DNA of 25,420 nucleotides from Candidatus Woesearchaeota archaeon (GCA_964519005.1 CAZFLO010000001.1:1-25420); one strand, 5' to 3'; positions 14,494-22,802 are shown, counted from the first letter of the stretch. Translations and numbers: made by a program. The notes: generated from the letters alone by a model not told the origin.

Positions 14494-14570
14494 TAATTAG
14501 ACTTCGCACCTCAAGAGTCGAGTCTACCAACTTATCTGAAAGTGATACAATTTAATGTTTGATTTATTTT
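14494..14570 (-). repeat. 77-nt intergenic repeat, copy 2 (family C)
   Basis: See copy 1. Begins 4 nt after the stop of 14575..14820 (coding sense) and ends 40 nt before ATG 14453. Confidence 0.85.
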
Positions 14571-14574
14571 TTTG

Positions 14575-14820
14575 TTAAAATATTTCTATTGAATCTAACT
14601 GTTCAATTTTTGATTGAACTAACTTAAGTATTTCGCCTCTTCTCCGAGAAGTTCTTTTTGATTTTTTTAGGAAATGCTGGAAATTTGAAAGTTCTTTCTT
14701 TGAGGGAGAATTATTAATCCTGTCAAATAATTCCTTTGAACTTTTGTATGCTGGAGGTGTGTCTTTTGACCTCAATGCATTTTGGAAGTCCAAGAAATGT
14801 CTCTTTAGAAGATTTCCCAT
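14575..14820 (-). CDS. small basic protein (81 aa)
   Basis: ATG 14818-14820. Lys/Arg/Ser-rich (KKSKRTSRRRGE). No domain recognised. Confidence 0.5.
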   Translation of the reverse strand: MGNLLKRHFLDFQNALRSKDTPPAYKSSKELFDRINNSPSKKELSNFQHFLKKSKRTSRRRGEILKLVQSKIEQLDSIEIF

Positions 14821-14883
14821 TTTGTGGATTTTTAAGTGAATAATTTATTTGATTGAATAATTTTTTTTAAAGGGGTGACCGGT

Positions 14884-15453
14884 TTAAAGGTCCTCCAAAA
14901 CTTCCTCTTTCAACGGAGAAAGCATTTTTGGCCTTAAAACAATCCAAGGATTTTTATTGAAAACTCTTATATCTTCAAAAACTCCTTGGAGTTTGTTTTT
15001 CTTTTTATAGAGTTCACTGACAAGCTTTGAAATTTTCTCAACCAGGCTTTCTAAGACTTCGGGAGTTTTCAAATCAGGATAATTCAAATGAATGTTTATT
15101 TCTTCAGAGGATTCTGCATCTTTTAACTTCCCCAAGATTTCTTTTTCAAATTCTGGATAAATTTTTCCAAGATACTCTTTGTATTGATCGAGAATGGAAG
15201 TCATTTTTTCTTTCAACAGAGCAATTTGATTGGATATTTTTTTTGATTCCTCAAAACGTTCCAATTGTTCTTTATAGCTCTTAAAATTAACGTCAATCGT
15301 GCACATGCAAATAATAAAAGAACTTGCCATAGAAATCATTCCGATAATTGATAACCAAGATAGGCCTCCTTCTTCAATAGAGATGTCTTTTCCAATTAAA
15401 AGACTAATTGTTCCGATAATAGCAAAAATAATAACAAAAATGATGTTAAACAT
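14884..15453 (-). CDS. membrane-anchored coiled-coil protein (189 aa)
   Basis: ATG 15451-15453 preceded by AAGGAG. Two N-terminal TM helices, then a Glu/Lys/Leu heptad-like region. Confidence 0.65.
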   Translation of the reverse strand: MFNIIFVIIFAIIGTISLLIGKDISIEEGGLSWLSIIGMISMASSFIICMCTIDVNFKSYKEQLERFEESKKISNQIALLKEKMTSILDQYKEYLGKIYPEFEKEILGKLKDAESSEEINIHLNYPDLKTPEVLESLVEKISKLVSELYKKKNKLQGVFEDIRVFNKNPWIVLRPKMLSPLKEEVLEDL

Positions 15454-15496
15454 AATATGTTCTCCTTAAATTTAATTGATAATTTATTTTACTTTT

Positions 15497-15518
15497 GACA
15501 TGCGCTCACAGCCATGTC
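15497..15518. other. 6-bp hairpin GACATG / CATGTC in the 15454-15540 spacer
   Basis: GACATGcgctcacagcCATGTC. The T-rich tract follows only on the plus strand, so it is not a canonical terminator for the minus-strand genes. Confidence 0.3.
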
Positions 15519-15540
15519 TTTCTTCAAATAATTTTGAATG

Positions 15541-15750
15541 TTAATCTTCGTCTTCGTTTCTATTCAAATAAGCGAGATATGAAAACAAACAAGCTATTAT
15601 GAAAATATTTCCGGGCAAACCCAATTCACCATATGTTTTGATTTTGTCAAGAAGTGAGGGATCTAAGTAGTTCAATGCAAATGTTCCAGCAATTAGAATT
15701 ATTATCGTGCCGATGAACACAACGAATGGATGTTCTAATAGATTTTTCAT
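15541..15750 (-). CDS. small membrane protein (69 aa)
   Basis: Started at ATG 15748-15750 (MKNLLEHPFVVFIG...); the track start is a TTG that would overlap 15779..16126. Two hydrophobic helices. Confidence 0.5.
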   Translation of the reverse strand: MKNLLEHPFVVFIGTIIILIAGTFALNYLDPSLLDKIKTYGELGLPGNIFIIACLFSYLAYLNRNEDED

Positions 15751-15778
15751 GATTTTAATTTTTATAATTCGTTTTTTA

Positions 15779-16126
15779 CTAATAGTATGGTTCAAATGTG
15801 AATTTCAAAGACCCTGTTCCCGATCCCTTTGAATACTGTTCACAGGAAACATCTCCAAAATCGCTCATCATATTTTTGCAGAGAGGGTGCATTTTCAAAA
15901 TGAGTCCGGCGAAGGAACCTGATCCGGAGAGTATTTTCCCTTCATTACTTTTTCTAAAAGGGAGGCTGGAATCGATCTCTACCTCACCCCCTTCACTTCC
16001 AAAATTACTTTCCAAAATCAATTGCTTTATTCCTTCCCAAATGGGTTTCTCGTATTTGTCCGTCTCTGGCAAATAAGCTTCAATTAATTCGACCTTACCT
16101 TTTAAGTCTTCTATTGTATTTTTCAT
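15779..16126 (-). CDS. hypothetical protein (115 aa)
   Basis: ATG 16124-16126. Gly/Ser/Glu-rich soluble protein. Its leader shares an 18-nt block with the leader of 15541..15750. Confidence 0.55.
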   Translation of the reverse strand: MKNTIEDLKGKVELIEAYLPETDKYEKPIWEGIKQLILESNFGSEGGEVEIDSSLPFRKSNEGKILSGSGSFAGLILKMHPLCKNMMSDFGDVSCEQYSKGSGTGSLKFTFEPYY

Positions 16127-16239
16127 ATTTTAGTTTATTTTTATAATTCGTTTTCGAAATGTTCAAGAATACTCTTTAAAACGGCTATTAAATTTTTCAT
16201 TATTATATTTGTTTAGATTTTAAAATGTTTTTTATTTTA

Positions 16240-16503
16240 TTAACCAATGATTGAAATAATCATAAAAGCAATTGATCCTGTTATGATAATCAGAAGAAAA
16301 GTATCTCGAAAAAAGTTTCTCCACTTTTCTCTTCTTCTGAGAATAGATCTCCCTGGTGCGCCTATTGCTTGACATTCGTGGCAAAGGCCATCTTTGTGAT
16401 GTATCACATACCAATTTGTTCCACAGTGCACACAATCTTCTTTTTCTTCCCCTTTAATTATCCGGATGTTTTTGTTCCATTTCTCGATTAGTTCCTCGTT
16501 CAT
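16240..16503 (-). CDS. zinc-ribbon protein with C-terminal TM anchor (87 aa)
   Basis: CVHCG...(13)...CHEC four-Cys motif, then FLLIIITGSIAFMIISII. Its ATG overlaps the TGA of 16500..16904 (ATGA), suggesting translational coupling. Confidence 0.6.
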   Translation of the reverse strand: MNEELIEKWNKNIRIIKGEEKEDCVHCGTNWYVIHHKDGLCHECQAIGAPGRSILRRREKWRNFFRDTFLLIIITGSIAFMIISIIG

Positions 16504-16904
16504 TTTTTGCTCCCTACTTTTTTATCCCTTTCCTTTTCGGCCCTTTCAATCATCCTTTCTAAATATCTTTTTGATCTTTGGCCTATTTTCTTCTCCAAGG
16601 GTTTTCCATCCAAGAAAACTATGAATGTTGGAATTGTTGAAATCATGAAAATCTCGTCAAGAGGAGTCCGGCCACAACAGATTTGGATTACTTTTGCCTT
16701 GCCCTCCATCTCTTTTTTCAATTCTTTCACACGAGGATCCATTGTTTTGCAATCTTCACAAAAATCTTGATGGAACTCAATTAAAACAATTCCTTCGATG
16801 GATTCTCCCAAATCTGATTGGATAAGGTTGGGTAAATTCTCTACGCTTTTATTGCAAGCGGAAAATGTGAAAACTGCGATAATAATTAAAATGAAATTTT
16901 TCAT
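16500..16904 (-). CDS. thioredoxin-fold lipoprotein (134 aa)
   Basis: Lipobox IIIAVFTFSACNK. CxxC motif in FHQDFCEDCK, and a cis-Pro-type motif TIPTFIVFLDGKP at the expected spacing for a thioredoxin fold. Confidence 0.7.
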   Translation of the reverse strand: MKNFILIIIAVFTFSACNKSVENLPNLIQSDLGESIEGIVLIEFHQDFCEDCKTMDPRVKELKKEMEGKAKVIQICCGRTPLDEIFMISTIPTFIVFLDGKPLEKKIGQRSKRYLERMIERAEKERDKKVGSKK

Positions 16905-16961
16905 GTTTATTTATTTGTTAATTTTTAGTTTGTTAATTTGTTTATTGGATTTATTTATTTG

Positions 16962-17624
16962 TTATAACTCGTAGGAGAAATCATCGTAACCATACTCAAC
17001 CATCTGTCTTGATGCTTTTTCCATGTCCCAATCTAAAATAATTCCCCTTTCAATTCTTTGGGCTTTTTTCAACAATAATTCTTCATCTTGGATATCTATG
17101 TAATACTTCCAAAAATCTTCTTCCTTTTTTGATTCGTTGATTACCTCCGTTTTTATTAAATAAAAAGCCTCTTTCATTGCATTAATTTCTCCCCAATATG
17201 CTATCTCCCCTTTTACGATGCAAAACTCTTTTGTTCTTGGAGAGAGAAAAATGTCAAAATCCAAAAATGAATAAACGAAATTTAACCAATCATTTCCCCA
17301 ACAAAAACTTTTTTCTTCCTTTTCTTGTGGAACCCCCAGGCATTCTTCCTCAGCTAGTAATTCAGAATAAACTATGTCAAGAACTTCTTTTATTGAATTA
17401 TAACTTCTTGGAATAACATCTCTTCCTGAGGTCAAATAATATTCCCGGCTGTAAAGTGATTTGAAAATTCTGAAATCTTGAATCCACTTCATAAACCTAA
17501 CTCTAACAGCTTTATTTCCAATCACTAATTCTACGGGATCTCCAATTTCTGCTGTTTCAAATTCCTCTGGTTCACCCGGGTTGAACTCTTTTTCAATTTC
17601 GTAAATCTTTTTTATTTTGTTCAT
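16962..17624 (-). CDS. hypothetical acidic protein (220 aa)
   Basis: ATG 17622-17624. Glu/Trp/Tyr-rich, no signal peptide, no domain recognised. Confidence 0.65.
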   Translation of the reverse strand: MNKIKKIYEIEKEFNPGEPEEFETAEIGDPVELVIGNKAVRVRFMKWIQDFRIFKSLYSREYYLTSGRDVIPRSYNSIKEVLDIVYSELLAEEECLGVPQEKEEKSFCWGNDWLNFVYSFLDFDIFLSPRTKEFCIVKGEIAYWGEINAMKEAFYLIKTEVINESKKEEDFWKYYIDIQDEELLLKKAQRIERGIILDWDMEKASRQMVEYGYDDFSYEL

Positions 17625-17662
17625 TGTGAAATTTTTTAATTTGTTAATTTATTTGGATTTGC

Positions 17663-19303
17663 TTATTTGGATTTATTTACTTCATAAATCTCTCCGGAAA
17701 GAACTTCCTTACCAGAACACCTTTTTACGAAAGATACAACATTTACTATTGGCATTCCAATCTGGGTTGTTTTAACTCCAATCAATTCATACTTCACATC
17801 GTGTTCATCCATGTCCGAATCAACTTGGATCTTGAATTTTAATGCAAGTTCTGAATTTAGCGAGAAAGAATTCTTAATTTTCCTTCTTACTTCTGAATTG
17901 ACATCTTCTAATTTGAAATTATTTGTCGGTTCAAGATATTTCTCGAAATGTTTTTGCCTAATTTCATTGTCTCCATTGATTGAATCAAGTAGATAGCTAA
18001 AGAAAGAAGATATCCAAAGAACGCTCGTGCCTTCTTCCCAAGTGTAATCTTTCAATAAAATGATTTTGTTCCCCCTGTAGGTATAATTTTCTGAGGAGAA
18101 CTTATCCCTCATATTTTTTATATGAGACTCCAAAGCATTCTTCTTTCCCACATAATTCTTTATTGTTTTCGTAAGCGCCGCATTAATCTTTAAGAATTTT
18201 TCTCCCAGAAATAAATGGCCGGGGAAAGCTTCTTTTACTATGAATGCCTCTCCTTTTTTATCCGAAAAAACAGCCCAATAATCTCCATCAATGCAATCCT
18301 CGATTTTTAATTTTCCTTTGCCAGCCCCAATAGTTGCAATAGATAATCCTACATATCTAGAAAATATTCCTCCTGTCTTAAAACCATTTGAATGGCCAGT
18401 AGATTTGAAATCAAAATTTATCTTTCCTTTTGATTCCAAGTGAAGGTTTTTTGGATTCGCAATTATTCTTACAAATTCTCCATCATTAATTTTCTTCAAT
18501 TTGTTTGCATCTGAAGAATAAATATTTGCATGAGGATACTCTTCTAAAGCTTGATTGAGATAAATTATCAAAATCTCTTTTTGTCCTAAAATTTCCTTTT
18601 CCAAACTGTCCAAAATAATTTTTTCTTCCCAAAACTTTGCGGATAATTTTGGAGCTATTTTGTGAAATTCCTGAGAATAAAGCTCCCTTCCATTTTCAAT
18701 TCTCGTTTCCAACTCATTCAAATGGGATGAGTAGTTCCAAAAGGAAAATATTGGAAATACCAGAATAATTAACCAAGTGAAAACTAACAAGACCCATTTG
18801 TTGAATCTTTCAAGGAACGGGATCCGGATCTTATTATATGCTATTACTTCAGCGAGAACTATGGAAATTATTATCGGTACTAAGAACCAAAAACCTTGTT
18901 CCCTTAAAAAAGAAGTATTGAACATCTTTTCAATTGAAAGCCAGCCCATACAAAAAGCAAGACAACAAAAAATAAATTTTCCTATTAATTTTGAAGAGGG
19001 CGTTGAGGTGAAAGTCATATTCTCCAAATATTCTTTGATGGTTAAAATTTTATGGGACTCTACCTCTATATCCGAATATAAGATTTTCTTTAATTTTTTT
19101 CTCCCCCATTTTCCCGAGTTAAAATTTATGGTCAATTTGGAATAAAGATTCATTAACCAAACTTGTGTCAAAAGGAAAAGGAAAAATAAAGAAGACAATA
19201 AAATTATATCTAGTGGATTCAAAGATCCCGCAGGGGTCAATAAAAAGATAAACCCTCCCCCTAAAAAGAACAGGTAACCACTTATTCTTACAAAGTCTCT
19301 CAT
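17663..19303 (-). CDS. large membrane protein (546 aa): about five N-terminal TM helices plus ~350-aa soluble domain
   Basis: ATG 19301-19303. Largest uninterrupted ORF apart from the PKD lipoprotein. Soluble part not recognised. Confidence 0.75.
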   Translation of the reverse strand: MRDFVRISGYLFFLGGGFIFLLTPAGSLNPLDIILLSSLFFLFLLTQVWLMNLYSKLTINFNSGKWGRKKLKKILYSDIEVESHKILTIKEYLENMTFTSTPSSKLIGKFIFCCLAFCMGWLSIEKMFNTSFLREQGFWFLVPIIISIVLAEVIAYNKIRIPFLERFNKWVLLVFTWLIILVFPIFSFWNYSSHLNELETRIENGRELYSQEFHKIAPKLSAKFWEEKIILDSLEKEILGQKEILIIYLNQALEEYPHANIYSSDANKLKKINDGEFVRIIANPKNLHLESKGKINFDFKSTGHSNGFKTGGIFSRYVGLSIATIGAGKGKLKIEDCIDGDYWAVFSDKKGEAFIVKEAFPGHLFLGEKFLKINAALTKTIKNYVGKKNALESHIKNMRDKFSSENYTYRGNKIILLKDYTWEEGTSVLWISSFFSYLLDSINGDNEIRQKHFEKYLEPTNNFKLEDVNSEVRRKIKNSFSLNSELALKFKIQVDSDMDEHDVKYELIGVKTTQIGMPIVNVVSFVKRCSGKEVLSGEIYEVNKSK

Positions 19304-19342
19304 GATAATTTTGTTTTTTTAATTTGTAATTTGTTTTTTTAT

Positions 19343-19624
19343 TTAAGAAAAGAGCCAAGCCATATTAACTCCAGGAATTAATTTTGTTGAATGGATGTAT
19401 ATTGAACTTGTTTCCTCTCCTTCTTTTTTTGTGAAATCTTTTATTTTTTCAAGAAGATCTTTGATGAGCTCCGGAGAAGTTAATTTGTGAAACGCTGCCA
19501 CGCATACTTTGGGATGGAACTCAGCCATTTCCAAAACACACCAAATGCTTTCATCTTTCTTTAAATCCATTAACCGACCCAAAAAGAAATTTAATTCTTT
19601 GATTGAAATTTGATTTTTTTTCAT
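19343..19624 (-). CDS. hypothetical protein (93 aa)
   Basis: ATG 19622-19624, one nt after the stop of 19626..19817. No domain recognised. Confidence 0.5.
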   Translation of the reverse strand: MKKNQISIKELNFFLGRLMDLKKDESIWCVLEMAEFHPKVCVAAFHKLTSPELIKDLLEKIKDFTKKEGEETSSIYIHSTKLIPGVNMAWLFS

Positions 19625-19625
19625 A

Positions 19626-19817
19626 CTACTTGTTTTTTCTTTGTTTTTTTATTATCCAAAAAATTATTATTAAAATTATTAGTCCTCCACGAAAGAAGAG
19701 ATCGTTTTCAGTCCACCAATCTAAGTAATCTGCCACGGCTCCAGTCTCGGGAATTATGAAAGTTACCAAGAATATGGAAACGAGAATTAAAATTAAACGC
19801 TCTTTTATCCAGTTCAT
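19626..19817 (-). CDS. small membrane protein (63 aa, two TM helices)
   Basis: ATG 19815-19817. LILILVSIFLVTFIIP and GGLIILIIIFWII, followed by a basic tail. Confidence 0.5.
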   Translation of the reverse strand: MNWIKERLILILVSIFLVTFIIPETGAVADYLDWWTENDLFFRGGLIILIIIFWIIKKQRKNK

Positions 19818-19838
19818 GTTTTTAGGTTTTTATGAAGA

Positions 19839-20213
19839 TTATAAATTTTTCCAGATATCGAAGAAGGGATCGTAGACACCATAACCTCCTTCTTCAGACA
19901 TGTCTGCTCTTGCCATATCTTCTAAGATATCTGTATCTAAGGGGAAATCTTCGAGAGAATCATTTAACTCCCTGGTTTGCAATTCCCAGTAATCCTCAAT
20001 ATATTGCTTTTCTTCTGGAGAAATTTGTGGAGGAGGCTCGCTTGTTGGGAATTCAAGGAGAGCGCCGAATTGGGAATTTGCCAGAACTTCTTCTGCCCAT
20101 TCAGATGAAGTTTTTATTGGTTTTTCAAAGTTATCCAAGAGAGAGGGGAAAAGGGGAAGATTGCTTTCAGTTACAACTATGTTTTGTCTTTTTTCAAATT
20201 TTCTTTTTGCCAT
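19839..20213 (-). CDS. strongly acidic protein (124 aa)
   Basis: ATG 20211-20213. Asp/Glu/Pro-rich with aromatic residues. Preferred over the Arg/Leu-rich antisense ORF 19832..20290. Confidence 0.6.
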   Translation of the reverse strand: MAKRKFEKRQNIVVTESNLPLFPSLLDNFEKPIKTSSEWAEEVLANSQFGALLEFPTSEPPPQISPEEKQYIEDYWELQTRELNDSLEDFPLDTDILEDMARADMSEEGGYGVYDPFFDIWKNL

Positions 20214-20243
20214 TGTTTTTATTTTTATGTTGTGAATTTATTT

Positions 20244-20360
20244 TTAAAATAAATGAGGGAATCTCCAAAGAAGCCAAACAATTGCTATAAAAATGCAAAT
20301 GCAAATGGCTCCAAAATTTTCTCTAGAAATTCTGCTTTTTTTAAAATTGAACTTTTTCAT
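20244..20360 (-). CDS. possible micro-membrane protein (38 aa)
   Basis: Not in the ORF track (below size cut-off). ATG 20358-20360, TAA 20244-20246. Reads MKKFNFKKSRISRENFGAICICIFIAIVWLLWRFPHLF and fills an otherwise empty 160-nt gap. Confidence 0.25.
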   Translation of the reverse strand: MKKFNFKKSRISRENFGAICICIFIAIVWLLWRFPHLF

Positions 20361-20377
20361 GAAAATTTTGTTTTTGT

Positions 20378-20623
20378 TTATTTGTTTAAGTATATGAGCT
20401 CTCGGAGCTCTTTTATCCTTTGATCCATTAAAGAAATTATGGCTTCTTCAAACTCCGAAGACAATATCTTAACAACTAATTTTGCTCGTTCAATTTCTTC
20501 GATGTCTTTAACTTCTAAGAGTTCATTTCCAAGACGTTTTATATTTTTCACGACTAAGAGATGATCTCTTATTATCGTAGCATTTACCAAAGAATTGGCT
20601 GTTTCTACTAAATTTATTCTCAT
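20378..20623 (-). CDS. small helical protein (81 aa), paralogue of 22803..23030
   Basis: ATG 20621-20623. Shares the pattern D(I/L)EE(I/L)ER..(L/F)V...I.S.....L(M/I)...IK(E/D)L with 22803..23030. Confidence 0.55.
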   Translation of the reverse strand: MRINLVETANSLVNATIIRDHLLVVKNIKRLGNELLEVKDIEEIERAKLVVKILSSEFEEAIISLMDQRIKELRELIYLNK

Positions 20624-20654
20624 AATTATAGATTTTAAATTATTGTTGTTTTGG

Positions 20655-21110
20655 TTAATTGCAAATTAAATATATTCCGCCAAATAGAATGATTGCTTGA
20701 AAAAATGAAATTATCAAAATTTCTTTCCTTCTAATCGTTGATTCATTAAATATTTCCGAGAGGTATTTGAAAAATGCTACACTAAAGACCGCTGCTCCAC
20801 CCACTTGTGAAATGCTGATAATGCCCTCCATCAAGTCTGTTTTTCCTTCTGTAAAATCAAAAAGAGACATGGCTGTTATGCAAACCATTGTATTTGTAGT
20901 TAAAGCCCAAATATTTTTTGAAATTGGAATTAGAGAAAAAGTCATTGAAAGGGCTCCGATAAAAAGAGATAAAGAAAGATACAAATTCATTTTCTCTAGG
21001 ACAAGAAAGTTGGAAACAAATTGAGAACAAAGAAAATAAATTCCAAGAACAATACCGGTCAGAATTAATTCTGGGATTGCTTTTTTAAAATTTGAAATAG
21101 GAAAGTTCAT
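20655..21110 (-). CDS. membrane protein (151 aa, four to five TM helices)
   Basis: ATG 21108-21110. Hydrophobic throughout. Confidence 0.6.
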   Translation of the reverse strand: MNFPISNFKKAIPELILTGIVLGIYFLCSQFVSNFLVLEKMNLYLSLSLFIGALSMTFSLIPISKNIWALTTNTMVCITAMSLFDFTEGKTDLMEGIISISQVGGAAVFSVAFFKYLSEIFNESTIRRKEILIISFFQAIILFGGIYLICN

Positions 21111-21130
21111 GTTAGTTTATTTTTTTAAAA

Positions 21131-21295
21131 TTAATTTTTTATACAGGAAATAACTCTTAGAACCAGCCAATATCCGAAGAAGATTATTAAAATTATTAAT
21201 GATATTGCGAAACCGATCAGACAGGTGACTGTTAGTAGGATTGCAAGACTCACCCAAAATAAAATTATCCAAAGAATGTTCAGAAAAATTTTCAT
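21131..21295 (-). CDS. possible small membrane protein (54 aa)
   Basis: Not in the ORF track. ATG 21293-21295, TAA 21131-21133. Reads MKIFLNILWIILFWVSLAILLTVTCLIGFAISLIILIIFFGYWLVLRVISCIKN and fills the gap between two membrane-protein genes. Confidence 0.35.
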   Translation of the reverse strand: MKIFLNILWIILFWVSLAILLTVTCLIGFAISLIILIIFFGYWLVLRVISCIKN

Positions 21296-21305
21296 ATTTG
21301 GAGTC

Positions 21306-21728
21306 TTATAATGAACTTATTGTGAAAGCCAATCCGAAAGCCAAAACCAGGAATTGAATGAGTAACTGTTTCTCACAACTTTGAAGAAGAGTTTTCTTAA
21401 CAATAAGAGAGAGCATTAACATTAATTTAAACAAAATTAGACAACAAAGAACTATTGCAACTGAATAGAAATCTGAAATTACTTCTGAAAAAATCAGTAT
21501 TTGGGCTAAGCATGTTAAACTTAGTACCAATAAAATAATTCCTTTTTTGTAATCAAAAAAGAATGAAATGATAAAAAGAATAACTCCTAAAACAAAGGAG
21601 AAAAGAGTTAATGCTTCGGTTGTATCTACATCTTCGTAATCAAACAAGAAAATTGAGACAATGAAAAAAGCATATCCTATGCAGAAAATTGCAGAATAAA
21701 TGATTTGTTCTTTTATGAAATCTTTCAT
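21306..21728 (-). CDS. membrane protein (140 aa, four to five TM helices)
   Basis: ATG 21726-21728. Hydrophobic throughout. Confidence 0.6.
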   Translation of the reverse strand: MKDFIKEQIIYSAIFCIGYAFFIVSIFLFDYEDVDTTEALTLFSFVLGVILFIISFFFDYKKGIILLVLSLTCLAQILIFSEVISDFYSVAIVLCCLILFKLMLMLSLIVKKTLLQSCEKQLLIQFLVLAFGLAFTISSL

Positions 21729-21774
21729 GTTATTTTATTTTTATTTGATGAATAATTATTTTGTTTGGAAAATG

Positions 21775-21811
21775 AAAGAAAGGGAGTTGTTGATATTTGC
21801 TCCCTTTCTTT
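21775..21811 (-). terminator. 12-bp perfect hairpin downstream of the frame-broken OMP gene
   Basis: AAAGAAAGGGAG (21775-21786) pairs with CTCCCTTTCTTT (21800-21811), with a 13-nt loop. In minus sense it is followed by CATTTTCC. Unrelated in sequence to families A and B. Confidence 0.6.
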
Positions 21812-21819
21812 TAAAAATT

Positions 21820-22733
21820 CTAAAGTTTTATGTATGCTCCAATATAAATATTGAGACCAATATCCAATGGTTTGAGGATATTGTAACCTATCCCGTATAA
21901 ACCTTCGATGGCGAGATCTTTGTTCCAAGGTTGTTTGAATTTTTTTATAATTATAAATTCGAAATAATCCTCTTGGATCTTGTCCCAAGGTTCTGGATCT
22001 GAGACATCAATTACGTCCAGCGCTAACTCGAACCATCCTCGAACATTATACTGAACATATTGAGACATCAAGTTCTGGTTCATATTGCAAACCCACTTTA
22101 ACTCATCTTTCACTTCTGTTCCGATAATCATCCCTACCTCTCTGTCGTTTACATATATTGCTGCACTCATACAATCAAAGAAAGTTGCCTTGAGAGCATA
22201 CTCTGTCGAATCTCCGAGATAATTTCCTCGCTCGGCAACTCCCATTTCTACCTTTAAGTTCTTGAAATTATACCCGGTTTTTAATGCAACTTTATTTCCC
22301 CCGAGTGTTGCTTGTGAAGCTAAATATTCAAATTGAGCATCAAAGGAAACGGGATATGTCCGATACATAGTTACTGGTGAAGCCGGATTTCCTATTTGTG
22401 CCCAGAATCCTTTTCCGTTTTTATTTTTGTATTCTAAATATGCTTGAAAAAAGGACTTGAACTTTTGTCAGTCACAAACTTATTTGCAGCGTTTACATTC
22501 AAGATAAAATGTGAGCCGAAGTAAGTTTTCGTGCTTACTCCAAACAAGAGATTGCTTGACTTTTGAAAATCCAGTTCGCGGAAATTTGGATTGATTGTGT
22601 TTGCGATTCCGGCATAAGGTACTGCTTCTATTCTTTGTGCTTTTGAATCTTTTGGGGAAATAAGTAATAATATGATGATTAAAAGTATGAGCAGGATTGG
22701 TAACCAATAATTCTTTCTTTGTTCGTTTTCCAT
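21820..22733 (-). pseudogene. outer-membrane beta-barrel-like protein, frame broken at a T6 run (304 aa if joined by a -1 shift)
   Basis: ORF 22434..22733 has a signal-like N-terminus ending SKAQ and strand-like sequence. The frame of ORF 21820..22368 is open upstream to 22467. The two frames overlap at coding-strand CCT TTT TTC (plus 22446-22454). One extra T or a -1 slip gives ...SSSPFFQAYLEYKNKNGKGFWAQIGNP... continuously. Confidence 0.55.
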
Positions 22734-22802
22734 GATTTTATTTTTTAGATTTAGAAATTTTAAGATTTGGAAATTTGATTAATTGTGAAATGTTGCTTGA
22801 TA

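Noticed and set aside
14861-14883. Palindromic GGTGACCGGT and duplicated CCTTTAAA just after the stop of 14884..15453
   Set aside because: These are only 6-7 nt palindromes with no stem-loop of useful length and no U tract. Too small to call a terminator or operator.
19832-20290. 152-aa plus-strand ORF, the longest on the plus strand
   Set aside because: It is Arg/Leu/Phe-rich low-complexity sequence lying exactly antisense to a well-formed acidic minus-strand ORF (19839..20213). Every other credible gene is on the minus strand, so this is a typical antisense shadow ORF.
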